A stretch of DNA of 64,000 bases, taken from assembly GCF_006345805.1 (NCBI RefSeq), contig NC_043017.1, positions 25,358,001-25,422,000 of the forward strand, given 5' to 3'. This DNA is from Octopus sinensis (Eukaryota). This document shows, piece by piece, positions 26,834-40,203 of the stretch. Within the stretch, counting starts at the first letter, position 1. Each line of letters opens with the position of its first letter. Position numbers and translations under genes: made by a program. Below the pieces are notes generated by a model, which did not search any database, had not been told where the DNA came from, and saw only the letters and a list, made by a program, of their open reading frames with translations.

Positions 26834-27299
26834 CTCTCACTTATATGCTCATACACAGGGAACTGTAATTTATATAATAAAACGGTGTCTGTATTTGAAT
26901 TAGTTTTATTTTGATTTAATTTCTCCTTTGGACAATCACACTGCAATGAATGGCGTGCGTATTATTCATGAATGGCAAAGTTACTGAACTACTCAATGCC
27001 GGAATCCCAAAGGGTATAAGTTCAAACTAGGGTAATGTCATTTTGCTTTGCATGCAAATTGTAAGGCAAGGCAGATTACTCGACTACTTTCAGTTTACGA
27101 AACTAGTTTTATGATTACTTCACAGATGGTTGTGATGTGTTGTGCATCATCAAAGCTGGTATGTTCTGAGTTCAAATCCTGTCTAGTTCTGCTATGCTCT
27201 TCGTTCTTCTGAGATCATTGAAATAAGACCAGTTGACGGATCATGGTGCGTTAGATATTAAAGAATGTATGTTCACACTAACTGTAAGTGGTGTGGGGA

Positions 27300-30200
27300 T
27301 GGTGCCATGGCAAAAGCACTGGTGCAATGTAAAAGGCACAGGTACTGGTGCCTTGTAAAAAGGCATTGGTGCTGGTGCCATGTAAAAAGCAGTGGTTCTG
27401 GTGCCATGTAAAAAGCAGTGGTTCTGGTGCCATGTAAAAAGCAGTGGTTCTGGTGCCATGTAAAAAGCAGTGGTGCTGGTGCCATGTAAAAAGCAGTGGT
27501 TCTGGTGCCATGTAGAAAGCAGTGGTTCTGGTGCCATGTAAAAAGCAGTGGTTCTGGTGCCATGTAGAAAGCAGTGGTTCTGGTGCCATGTAGAAAGCAC
27601 TGGTTCTGGTGCCATGTAAAAAGCACTGGTTCTGGTGCCATGTAAAAAGCAGTGGTTCTGGTGCCATGTAGAAAGCACTGGTTCTGGTGCCATGTAAAAA
27701 GCAGTGGTGCTGGTGCCATGTAAAAAGGCATTGGTGCTGGTGCCATGTAGAAAGCAGTGGTTCTGGTGCCATGTAAAAAGCACTGGTGCTGGTGCCATGT
27801 AAAAAGCACTGGTGCTGGTGCCATGTAAAAAGCAGTGGTTCTGGTGCCATGTAGAAAGCAGTGGTTCTGGTGCCATGTAGAAAGCACTGGTTCTGGTGCC
27901 ATGTAAAAAGCACTGGTGCTGGTGCCATGTAAAAAGCAGTGGTTCTGGTGCCATGTAGAAAGCACTGGTGATGGTGCCATGTAAAAAGCACTGGTGCTGG
28001 TGCCATGTAAAAAGCAGTGGTTCTGGTGCCATGTAGAAAGCAGTGGTTCTGGTGCCATGTAAAAAGCAGTGGTGCTGGTGCCATGTAAAAAGGCATTGGT
28101 GCTGGTGCCATGTAGAAAGCAGTGGTTCTGGTGCCATGTAAAAAGCACTGGTGCTGGTGCCATGTAAAAAGCAGTGGTTCTGGTGCCATGTAGAAAGCAG
28201 TAGTTCTGGTGCCATGTAGAAAGCACTGGTTCTGGTGCCATGTAAAAAGCACTGGTGCTGGTGCCATGTAAAAAGCAGTGGTTCTGGTGCCATGTAGAAA
28301 GCACTGGTGATGGTGCCATGTAAAAAGCACTGGTGCTGGTGCCATGTAAAAAGACATTGTGCTGGTGCCATGTAAAAAGCACTGGTTCTGGTGCCATGTA
28401 GAAGCACTGGTTCTGGTGCCATGTAAAAAGCACTGGTGCTGGTGCCATGTAAAAAGCAGTGGTTCTGGTGCCATGTAGAAAGCACTGGTGATGGTGCCAT
28501 GTAAAAAGCACTGGTGCTGGTGCCATGTAAAAAGACATTGGTGCTGGTGCCATGTAAAAAGCAGTGGTTCTGGTGCCATGTAGAAAGCACTGGTTCTGGT
28601 GCCATGTAAAAAGCACTGGTGCTGGTGCCATGTAAAAAGCAGTGGTTCTGGTGCCATGTAGAAAGCACTGGTGATGGTGCCATGTAAAAAGCACTGGTGC
28701 TGGTGCCATGTAAAAAGACATTGGTGCTGGTGCCATGTAAAAAGCAGTGGTTCTGGTGCCATGTAGAAAGCACTGGTTCTGGTGCCATGTAAAAAGCACT
28801 GGTGCTGGTGCCATGTAAAAAGCAGTGGTTCTGGTGCCATGTAGAAAGCACTGGTGATGGTGCCATGTAAAAGCACTGGTGCTGGTGCCATGTAAAAAGA
28901 CATTGGTGCTGGTGCCATGTAAAAAGCAGTGGTTCTGGTGCCATGTAGAAAGCACTGGTTCTGGTGCCATGTAAAAAGCACTGGTGCTGGTGCCATGTAA
29001 AAAGCAGTGGTTCTGGTGCCATGTAGAAAGCACTGGTGATGGTGCCATGTAAAAAGCACTGGTGCTGGTGCCATGTAAAAAGACATTGGTGCTGGTGCCA
29101 TGTAAAAAGCAGTGGTTCTGGTGCCATGTAAAAAGCACTGGTGCTGGTGCCATGTAAAAAGACATTGGTGCTGGTGCCATGTAAAAAGCAGTGGTTCTGG
29201 TGCCATGTAGAAAGCAGTGGTGATGGTGCCATGTAAAAAGCACTGGTGCTGGTGCCATGTAAAAAGCACTGGTGCTGGTGCCATGTAAAAAGCAGTGGTT
29301 CTGGTGCCATGTAAAAAGCACTGGTGCTGGTGCCATGTAAAAAGACATTGGTGCTGGTGCCATGTAAAAAGCAGTGGTTCTGGTGCCATGTAGAAAGCAC
29401 TGGTGATGGTGCCATGTAAAAAGCACTGGTGCTGGTGCCATGTAAAAAGCACTGGTGCTGGTGCCATGTAAAAAGCAGTGGTTCTGGTGCCATGTAAAAA
29501 GCACTGGTGCTGGTGCCATGTAAAAAGACATTGGTGCTGGTGCCATGTAAAAAGCAGTGGTTCTGGTGCCATGTAGAAAGCAGTGGTGATGGTGCCATGT
29601 AAAAAGCACTGGTGCTGGTGCCATGTAAAAAGCACTGGTGCTGGTGCCATGTAAAAAGCAGTGGTTCTGGTGCCATGTAAAAAGCACTGGTGCTGGTGCC
29701 ATGTAAAAAGCAGTGGTTCTGGTGCCATGTAAAAAGCAGTGGTTCTGGTGCCATGTAGAAAGCAGTGGTGATGGTGCCATGTAAAAAGCACTGGTGCTGG
29801 TGCCATGTAAAAAGCAGTGGTTCTGGTGCCATGTAAAAAGCACTGGTGCTGGTGCCATGTAAAAAGACATTGGTGCTGGTGCCATGTAAAAAGCACTGGT
29901 TCTGGTGCCATGTAGAAAGCAGTGGTGATGGTGCCATGTAAAAAGCACTGGTGCTGGTGCCATGTAAAAAGCAGTGGTTCTGGTGCCATGTAAAAAGCAC
30001 TGGTGCTGGTGCCATGTAAAAAGACATTGGTGCTGGTGCCATGTAAAAAGCAGTGGTTCTGGTGCCATGTAGAAAGCACTGGTGATGGTGCCATGTAAAA
30101 AGCACTGGTGCTGGTGCCATGTAAAAAGCAGTGGTTCTGGTGCCATGTAAAAAGCAGTGGTTCTGGTGCCATGTAAAAAGCAGTGGTGCTGGTGCCATGT

Positions 30201-30771
30201 AAAAAGCAGTGGTTCTGGTGCCATGTAAAAAGCAGTGGTTCTGGTGCCATGTAAAAAGCAGTGGTGCTGGTGCCATGTAAAAAGCAGTGGTTCTGGTGCC
30301 ATGTAGAAAGCACAGGTTCTGGTGCCATGTAGAAAGCAGTGGTTCTGGTGCCATGTAGAAAGCACTGGTTCTGGTGCCATGTAGAAAGCACTGGTTCTGG
30401 TGCCATGTAGAAAGCAGTGGTTCTGGTGCCACGAAAAAGCATTGGTGCTGGTGCCACAAAAAGCATTGGTGCTGGTGCCATGTAAAATGCACCAGTGCTG
30501 GTGCCATGTAAAAAGCACTGGCACTGGTGCCATGTAGAAAGCAGTGGTTCTGGTGCCACGAAAAAGCATTGGTGCTGGTGCCACAAAAAGCATTGGTGCT
30601 GGTGCCATGTAAAATGCACCAGTGCTGGTGCCATGTAAAAAGCACTGGCACTGGTGCCATGTAGAAAGCAGTGGTTCTGGTGCCACGAAAAAGCATTGGT
30701 GCTGGTGCCACAAAAAGCATTGGTGCTGGTGCCATGTAAAAAGCAGTGGTGTTGGTGCCACATAAAAAGCA
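27300..30771. repeat. 26-bp minisatellite (ggtgccatgtaaaaagcagtggttct and variants), about 130 units, with higher-order structure
   Basis: Directly visible. It accounts for the three roughly 1170-aa minus-strand ORFs. Confidence 0.97.
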
Positions 30772-30940
30772 CAAAAGTGTTTTGTGACATTTTTCCTTTC
30801 AGTTCAAAATCAACTAAGGTGAATTCACCAAAAAAAATTCAACTTAAGCGTAAAATGTTGGATGAGAATCGTGTACCTCTGTGGATCAAATTAAGGGTTA
30901 GGCTTGAAATTCTGATACAACTATTGAGTTCAACACAAGA

Positions 30941-30982
30941 CACCTGAAGGAGGCTGGAGCATACAGCAGCCGAAATGTAGTG
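30941..30982 (+). ncRNA. Minimal type-I hammerhead ribozyme motif (degenerate)
   Basis: CAC-CUGAAGG-A-GGCUG-gagcauacag-CAGCC-GAAA-UG-UA-GUG. Helix I is 3 bp, helix II is 5 bp, and the core A9 is changed to G. Confidence 0.6.
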
Positions 30983-31035
30983 AAAGCTACAATCAAGATG
31001 AGGACACCAATCTGACTAATGTAAACAATAAAGGG

Positions 31036-31374
31036 TTAAAACCCCCTGGTCATGGGTCATTAGTGACCATGGGATTGCACCTAGAAAGTCCCCTTCTGAG
31101 GCACAAGTCTGAGTTGTTCATGGAAGACCAGCAGTTGCCCATGGATACCAGCCTCCCCTCTTCACACCACTGATGTTGTCCAAGAGAAAGGCAAAGGATC
31201 CGATACAGCTTGGCACCAGTGAATATTGCAATTCATTTCTGTAGATGAGTGAACCGGAGCTGTGTGAAATAAAGTGTCTTGCTCAAGAACACAACACACA
31301 GCCCGGTCTGGGAATTGAACTCATTGCCTCATGATTGTGAGCCTGACACTCTAACGACTGAGCCATGCACCTTC
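31036..31374 (-). mobile_element. tRNA-derived SINE (head gaaggtgcatggctcagtcgttagag; ttgagcaagacactttatttcac core)
   Basis: Homologous over its length to 53890-54219. Confidence 0.8.
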
Positions 31375-31412
31375 ATAATGTAAATAGTGATATATATGTG
31401 TATGTATGTTTG

Positions 31413-31444
<32 letters not shown>

Positions 31445-32071
31445 TGTATGTTTATATATATATATAGATATATATATATATGTATATATATATGTATATG
31501 TATGTTTATGTATGTATGCTTATATATGTATGTATATATATGAATAAATATATGTATGTATATATATGTATATATATATGTATGTATATATGTATGTATA
31601 CATGTATATGTAAGTATATGTATGTATATGTAAGTATGTATATGTATGTATATATATGTATGTATATGTATGTATATATATGTATGTATACATATGTATA
31701 TATGTATATATATATGTATTTATATATATAGATGTATGTATATATGTATATATATATGTATTTATATATATAGATGTATGTATATATATGTATGTGTATA
31801 TGTATATATATATGTATGTATAGATATGTATATGTATGTGTATATATATGTATATATTTATATATGCATATGTATGTATATATATATATGTATATATATG
31901 TATGGATATGTATATGTATGTGTATATATATGTATATATTTATATATGCATATGTATGTATATATATGTATATATATGTATGAATATGTATATATCTATG
32001 TATTATATGTATGCATATGTATATGTATTTATATGTATATATACATATGTGTATATGTATGTATATGTATG

Positions 32072-32112
<41 letters not shown>

Positions 32113-33033
32113 CATACGTACATATATATGGACATTTTTTGTTTTGAGTGATATGGAAAGACAAAGACCCGAGGCTGCTTTCTGATGAAAGTTAAAAAAG
32201 ATTAAAAACGATTAAAAGATAATTATCAATATTTGCATGATAATAAACAGTTATAGAAGTGAGTGGAGCAATTTGCAAGCAGCAAACAATTTCAGAAACG
32301 TCTACACTTGAAAATGATTTCCTGTGAAGAATAGATACTCACCCACTCACACACATTCATACATACTTACTTTTTACCTTTTACTTGTTTCAGTCATGTG
32401 ACTGTGGCCATGCTGGAGCACCGCCATTAGTCGAGCAAATTGACCCCAGGACCTATTCTTTGTAAGCCTAGTACTTATTCTATCGGTCTCTTTTACCGAA
32501 CTGCTAAGTTACATGCACACATCTTTCATCTTTTACTAGTGTTAGTTATTTTTCTTTGGACTGCAGCCATGCTGGTGGTGTCCCTTGGAAGGGTGTAATC
32601 AATCATATCAACCCCCAGTATTTATTTTTACCTCTGGTACTTATTCCATCGATCTCTTTTGTTGAATTGCTAGGTTAAACCAAACTCGAATGTTGAGTGG
32701 GGTGGACGAACACAATTGCAAAGATATACATGTGTATACGATAGACTTCCACACAGTTTCCATCTTTCAAATTCACTCACTTGCCCAAGATGCAGTGCAT
32801 TGGAACTGAACCTGAAACCACATGATTAGCAAACCAAGACGCTTAACCATGTAGCCATGTCTTTGTTCAAAGTTCAAAACCCACCTAATAATGCATTGCC
32901 TTGGTAAAATAAGTACTGCTCCTACTTAGGATCAGTGTAATCAGTCATGTCCTAGAAGGTGGTGCCCCAGCATGACCTCAGGTCAATGACTGAAACTTTG
33001 TAAAAGAATACGAGAAAAGTGATCTCTACTTAA

Positions 33034-33254
33034 CCCTTTCGTTACGGCATTTATTTTGAGATGCTTTGTATTTCTTTCAATTATTTTAAATATAACAAAG
33101 AGTTTAGTAAAATAACTTAGTTACCATTAAGCTAGTGTTATGAACATAAATTGTGACTAAGGTTTGGTGGAAGATTTGAATTCAGAACTTTTGAAAACAA
33201 GACATTTGTACTACAGAGCCAGAGGCGGTTTTGGCCGGGTTGGTAATGAAAGGG
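33034..33254. mobile_element. piggyBac-type MITE, 221 bp, intact ends
   Basis: TTAA|CCCTTTCGTTAC ... GTAATGAAAGGG|TTAA: TIRs with a TTAA target-site duplication. Confidence 0.85.
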
Positions 33255-33453
33255 TTAAGGCATGCGAATGACCAGTGGCCACATGTCAGCAGGTTAAGCA
33301 CTAACTGGAAAATGTTAAAGGAATTATATAAACTTTGATAACAACTATAATGATACTTGTATGAGACAGGTTAGAAAATGATGTACTTTTAGTAGGGGGT
33401 CGTGGGGGTCTAAAGTCTCCCTTGGTTTTACTACTGAATCCTGTATACCATTA

Positions 33454-33834
33454 TCTCTCTCTATATAAACGGCAGTTTGTCTGTGCGTGTTTCTGTGTGT
33501 CTGTTTGCTTGTACCCTCACCCTGACCACGGCTTTCAACCGATTCTGATGAAACTTGACACACACATAGCCCAATGTCATAATTCAAAACTAACGCAGCG
33601 AAAATTTTGAAGAGTTCCCCCAGTTCTGAAAAAAATCGATAAATTCGACATGGGGTCGAGAATCAGAAACACAAACCGCAAACTGTCTAGGGGACGCAAC
33701 TCCACCTTTTTTAACTAAAAAAAAAATTTACCATTTTTTTCCATTTTTTTTGCTATTTTTTGGCTATAACTCTCTAAAAATGCTTTATAGTTATTTCCCT
33801 TACAAACCTGAGCAACGCCGGGCGATACTGCTAG
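33454..33834 (+). mobile_element. Non-autonomous Helitron, 381 bp
   Basis: 5' TC (A|TCTCTCTCTATATAAACGGC), a 3' GC-rich hairpin (cctgagcaacgccggg), then CTAG|T. The insertion site is A|T with no TSD. Confidence 0.8.
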
Positions 33835-34472
33835 TATTATATAACATGTTGCGTGTTCACTCATGGGGGTAATTCAGAAATAACAGCAAGACTGTACTCT
33901 TCTGTAAAGTAGTACAGTGGACCAAGAAAAAAAGATCTTGAATTCTGGTGGTTGTAGTTGATCCATCGTTTGGATAATTCAGCTTGGATTGTCATTGGTT
34001 ACATGTGCTCCGTTAATATAATTTTGCTCCGGTGAAAATCTGCTGGAAATCAACATAACTCGCCATCATGAAAAATCACTCACACCCTCTGGTCTAAATA
34101 ATTTGTTACACAAATTTATGGAAAAAAGGTAGGCTCCAGAACATAGACCAATTAATTATTTGAGAATGTATTACGTGCAGCCTGATTGGATGGATCCTCG
34201 ATCCAAATCCTGTGTAATACTCAACCAATCACAACACAGGACTTAACCGATGTTGAAAACCCACATGATAGGTGAAACGACCAATCATTACAGATTAGCA
34301 TGCTGAGCCTATAAAGGGCTAATTGTCCTCAATATGCCATAATAGAAATTGGTCTCACTACATACTCGTTGATATCTATGGTAAAGGTAAGATGTATGCA
34401 TTTCTTTAAGCATTACTTTGCTATATGTCAGCTACAAAATTATCTGTAACCTCATGCAGGATCCTTCATATT

Positions 34473-34652
34473 CATCATCATCATCGTTTAACGTCCGTTC
34501 TCCATGCTAGCATGGGTTGGACGGTTCGACCGGGGATCTGGGAAGCCAGAAGGCTGCACCAGGCTCCAGTCTGATCTGGCAGTGTTTCTACAGCTGGGTG
34601 CCCTTCCTAACGCCAACCACTCCATGAGTGTAGTGGGTGCTTTTTACGTGCC
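34473..34652 (-). mobile_element. SINE family C 3' portion
   Basis: (CAT)n cgtttaacgtccgttctccatgctagc... Confidence 0.8.
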
Positions 34653-34748
34653 ATACACTTCCTTGAGCACGTCATGACTATTCTTTTTTTTCCTTTGGTG
34701 CCATCAGTCAATTCTATTCAATTCAATCAATTAGCTCATTGATTGAGA

Positions 34749-34780
<32 letters not shown>

Positions 34781-35449
34781 TACACATTTATCCTTTTTTT
34801 TTTCTACCAATCAATATATTTAGCCTTTGTTGTGACAGTTTTTACATTCTTCTTATTAAGACCGTACCATTTTCTATCACCAATTCCCCCCCAATCCCTC
34901 GTCTCCGGTGTGGGCGGAATTTCTTTTCCCTCCACCCCCACCGCCTCGACGCCCCTTTCCGCGCCACCAATCCACCCACTACTCTGTTACCTTCTGCTTC
35001 TCGTCTCTCCGAAAGGCCACAATGAAACGTGCTTATCCTTTCCATTATTCAATCCGCCAGCTTCGTTGTACACTTCCTTACATTAATGTCGGCCTCTTAG
35101 CAAACTTGAAAACTTCTTTGCAGTTTTCTCTTCCTTTTTTTTTTTTTTTGTTTACTCCTCGTATGTTTTGCTTATTTCTTTTTCAAAGGTAGGATGGCAG
35201 AGGGTGGGTAGGTGGGTATTGGAGGTGTTGGAGAATGTGGGTTGCTGTCTTGTGTGTGTGCGTGTGTCTATTCTGTTCTTTTGTTTTTTCTACTTGGTTA
35301 TTCAACAGCATTGATGCAAACTTTCTTTGCACTGTTAGAATAAACTGTGTTTATATATGTGTATATATGTTTATATATGTTTATATATGTTTATATGTTA
35401 TATGTTTATATATGTGTCATGTTTTATAAATGTCTTATTCTGTTTTTAC

Positions 35450-36029
35450 ACACACGTACACACACACACGTACACACACACACGTACACACACACACGTA
35501 CACACACACACGTACACACACACACGTACACACACACACGTACACACACACACGTACAAACACACACGTACACACACACACATACACACACACACGTACA
35601 CACACACACGTACACACACACACGTACACACACACACGTACACACACACACGTACAAACACACACGTACACACACACACGTACACACACACACGTACACA
35701 CACACACGTACACACACACACGTACACACACACACGTACACACACACACGTACACACACACACGTACACACACACACGTACACACACACACGTACACACA
35801 CACATGTACACACACACACGTACACACACACACGTACACACACACACGTACACACAGACACGTACACACACACACGTACACACACACACGTACACACACA
35901 CACTTGTGATTGTGTATGTATATATGTGTGCATGAGTATGTATGTGTATATATATGTGTATATATATATATATATATATGTACATGTATATCCATGTGTA
36001 TATATAAGTATGTAGGTATGTCTCTGTGC

Positions 36030-36060
<31 letters not shown>

Positions 36061-36400
36061 TATACACATACATACACACACACACTTGTGATTGTGTATG
36101 TATATATGTGTGCATGAGTATGTATGTGTATATATATGTGTATATATATATATATATATATGTACATGTATATCCATGTGTATATATAAGTATGTAGGTA
36201 TGTCTCTGTGCATATATATATATATATATATACACATATATATACACATACATACACACACACACTTGTGATTGTGTATGTATATATGTGTGCATGAGTA
36301 TGTATGGTATATATATATGTGCTATATATATATATATATATGTACATGTATATCCATGTGTATATATAAGTATGTAGGTATGTCTCTGTGCATATATATA
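35450..36400. repeat. (cacacgtacaca..) alternating 12/14-bp array followed by an approximately 180-bp unit x3
   Basis: cacttgtgattgtgtatg recurs at about 35901, 36082 and 36262. Confidence 0.85.
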
Positions 36401-37109
36401 TAATATATATATATATATATAATATTTAATCAATATAGGGTGGCAAAAAAAAATTTTTGTAGAATTTTTCTGCCACCAGCGGCCTAGTGGGAAAAAATTA
36501 AATAGTCATAGACCATTTTTAAGTTCAACATCACAATCAAGGAACGGCCATAATAGGCCATTCACCCACTAGAAATAACAGCCAAAAGCTTTAACCGCAA
36601 AAATAACATCAATTCCGTAAACCAGGAGAAAATTAAAAAACATTTACCCTGTATTTCTTATACGATGCACCGTTTCGTCTACTGTTTAATGGTAAACTAA
36701 CCTGTTTAAATAATCAAGCCAATCTACCATAGGGCCCTTAGATTCATCAGTAAGAAATAGCCAAGTCGGAACAGATATTTTTCACGAGGCATTCCTGTCC
36801 CTGCCTCGGCAATATCTGACCTAAAATTTATATATATATATATATATATATAAATATGTCTCTGTGTGTATGTGTATATATCTATCTATCTATATATATA
36901 TATATAATATATATACACACACACACCCACCCATGTGTATCTATATGTATGTATGTATGTCTGTGCATATGTATATATGTAAATGTGTGTGTATCTGTGC
37001 ATGCGTGTATGTGTGCATGTGTCTTTCACCTTTCCTTCTTCTCTGTGAGTAATATTAACAGGGATCAACAGACTCGTGAGTAGTGACTCACACAGGCTCA
37101 GCTCTGAGT

Positions 37110-37113
37110 ACTT

Positions 37114-37144
<31 letters not shown>

Positions 37145-37583
37145 TTATAATTATTATTATTATTATTATTATTATAATTATTATTATTATTATAATTATT
37201 ATTATTATTATTATTATTATTATTGTTATTATCATTACTATTATTATCATTATTATTATTATCATAATTTATTATTATTATCATTATTATTATTATTATT
37301 ATTATTATCATTATTATCATTATTATTATTATTATTATCATAATTTATTATTATTATCATTATTATTATTATTATTATCATAATTTATTATTATTATCAT
37401 TACTATTATTATCATTATTATTATCATAATTTATTATTATTATCATTATTATTATATTATTATTATTATCATTATTATTATCATTATTATTATTATTATT
37501 ATCATTATTATCATCATCATATTATTATTCTTATTATTATTATTATTATTATTACCATCATTATTAGTATATTATTATTATCA

Positions 37584-37614
<31 letters not shown>

Positions 37615-37845
37615 CATTATCATATTATCATATATATATTATATTATTTATATTATTATTATTTATTACATCATCATTATTATTATTATTATTATTATTA
37701 GATATTATTATCATTATTATTATCATATTATTATATTATTATTATTATTATATTATTACCATCATTATTATTATTATTATTATTATAATTATATTATCAT
37801 TATTATTATTATTATTATTATTTTATTATTATTATTATTATTATT
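37110..37845. repeat. Long (ATT)n/(ATC)n microsatellite
   Basis: Directly visible. Confidence 0.95.
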
Positions 37846-40055
37846 AATTCTTCTCTCTATGTAATGATACTGAGTACTCTTTGTAACCATTTTGAAACAT
37901 CCACACAGTGTGTGTGTGTGTGTGTGTGTATATAAGTGTATGTGTGTACATGCATACATATACAAACCATTACACACTCCTTCACATACTCACTCATGCA
38001 TTCACACAAACACACATACACTCATATGTACACACACATTCTTATATATGTACACACTTACATACATACAAATATACACACTCGCATATACACCCATCCA
38101 CACACACACACACATGCACACTCACATATATGCACATACTCTCACAAATACAGATACATTCACTCACATATACACACACACATTCTCTCACATACACACA
38201 CACTTGCATATATGCACATACACTCACATATGCACACTCACAAACACACACATACATTCACTCAAACACACACATTCACTCACATACACACACACTTGGA
38301 TATATGCACATACACTCACATATGCACACTCACATACACACTCACACACATACACACAGACTTGCATATATGCACATACACTCACACACACTCACATACA
38401 TACACACACTTACATATATGCACATACACTCATATACACACACATTCACTCACATACACACACTCATACACATTCACTCACACACACATTCTCTTACACG
38501 CTCTAAATCACACAGGCACATTCACTCAACTTTCACATACACGCACACATGGATACACACACTCACGTACAGACGCATACACACACAAGTGTTCTTGTGT
38601 ACGTAAACGCGTGTGTGTATGTGTGTGTACCTGCATGTGTGCAGCTGTTTGTAATATTTCCTTGCGTACGGCGCACGCATGCTTGCAAAGTGCACATGCG
38701 TACGTTCTGTCTTGTGAGTAAACCATAAAAGTACCATCAGCCACGCTTCTTCCCCCCCACCCCACTTCCTGATCAACCCCCCAACCACTACCCCGCCCAA
38801 AACCAATGCAAACACAACAATAAAAAAACAACAACAAACACAAAAAGCATCAGCAACAACAACAACAACGACAACAATAACGATCAAAGCTTTGAGAATA
38901 ATATGGTTCGCCATAACAAGAATACCAATACAAACACCCGACCACTTAGCGTTAATCTATTAAATAGCGATACACAGCAAACTCACACTTCCAAAAAGCC
39001 CCTCGACTACCTCCCCCCACACAACCACTGCAGCACCCCCCTGCTCCCCCCCGTTCCTCCTCCTCCACTGTCCCTCTCCTTCACCTCCCTCTCGCTTTCT
39101 CCATAACGTCTTGTCTTAGATTTCTTTTGCAGCCTGCTATATCTTTGCAGTGCCATGGCTTGACAATAGGCTGATGGCTTTCTTCTGGTCTCCTCCTCCT
39201 CCTCCTCCTACTACTACTACTACTACTACTCTACCACCACCACCACTGCCACAGCTGCTACTACTACTAGACATACTACCACCATCACCACCACCAACAC
39301 TACTACTATTACTACTACTAGCACTTGCCCAGGCTTCCACCATTTCCACCACCTCCACCATCACTACCATCAGCATGACTATCACCATCACTGCCACTAA
39401 AACCACCACCACCACTGTCACCATAACCATCACCACCACAACCAAAACCTCAATTCCAATCACTTCCACTACCTCAGTCACCACCACAACCAATCACCAC
39501 CAGTACCACTACTACTCCCACCACCACAACCTCAATCACCACTACCACCGCGACAAAACCTCAATTCCAATCACCACCACCACCAAAACCAAAACCAATC
39601 ACCACCACTTCCACTACCTCAGTCACCACCACAACCAATCACCACCAGTACCACTACTACACCCACCACCACAACCTCAATCAGCACTACCACCGCGACA
39701 AAACCTCATTCTCAATCACCACCACCACCACCACTACCACCACCAAAACCAATCACCACCACTTCCACTACCTCAGTCACCACCACAACCAATCACCACC
39801 AGTACCACTACTACACCCACCACCACAACCTCAATCAGCACTACCACCGCGACAAAACCTCATTCTCAATCACCACCACCAACATCATCACCACAACCAC
39901 CACCACCACAACCACCACTACCACAATCATTAGATACAGTGGGAAAATGAGGCAACGTCGAGAAAAATTCCACCAAACCAAATAACAAGATTTGTCGAGT
40001 TAGCAGAATTGGTAAAGCATCGAATAGATTGCCTGGCAGTGTTCTGTGATGGAAC

Positions 40056-40203
40056 ATTTTGTCCCCCCCCCAGTGTCCGACCGTCAGTCGAGAGTTGTTC
40101 TGTGATGTTTGGAAGCATTTGAAGGAAGGACTCTTGCCAAAAGTGACTGGATCTACGGAATGGGAAGAACTGGAATCTTCACGATGGCAATGCACCCTGT
40201 CCC
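40056..40203 (+). pseudogene. Mariner transposase DDD-domain fragment
   Basis: With one frameshift and a stop it reads FVPPQCPTVSRELFCDVWKHLK / DSCQK*LDLRNGKNWNLHDGNAPC. This matches the mariner pattern FVPxGQTVN.EFYCDVL.RL...W.LH.DNAP.H. Confidence 0.7.

Noticed and set aside
27300-30771. CRISPR-like array
   Set aside because: The units are contiguous with no unique spacers, there are no cas genes, and the context is eukaryotic.
27241-30790. Three roughly 1170-aa minus-strand ORFs
   Set aside because: The 26-bp unit has no minus-strand stop in any frame, so all three frames are open with permuted identical peptides. This is a satellite artefact.
35221-35260. Candidate next TAK1 exon (ag|G TGT TGG = RCW)
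   Set aside because: No polypyrimidine tract, and the continuation RMWVAVL does not resemble ..DP..RPSM.
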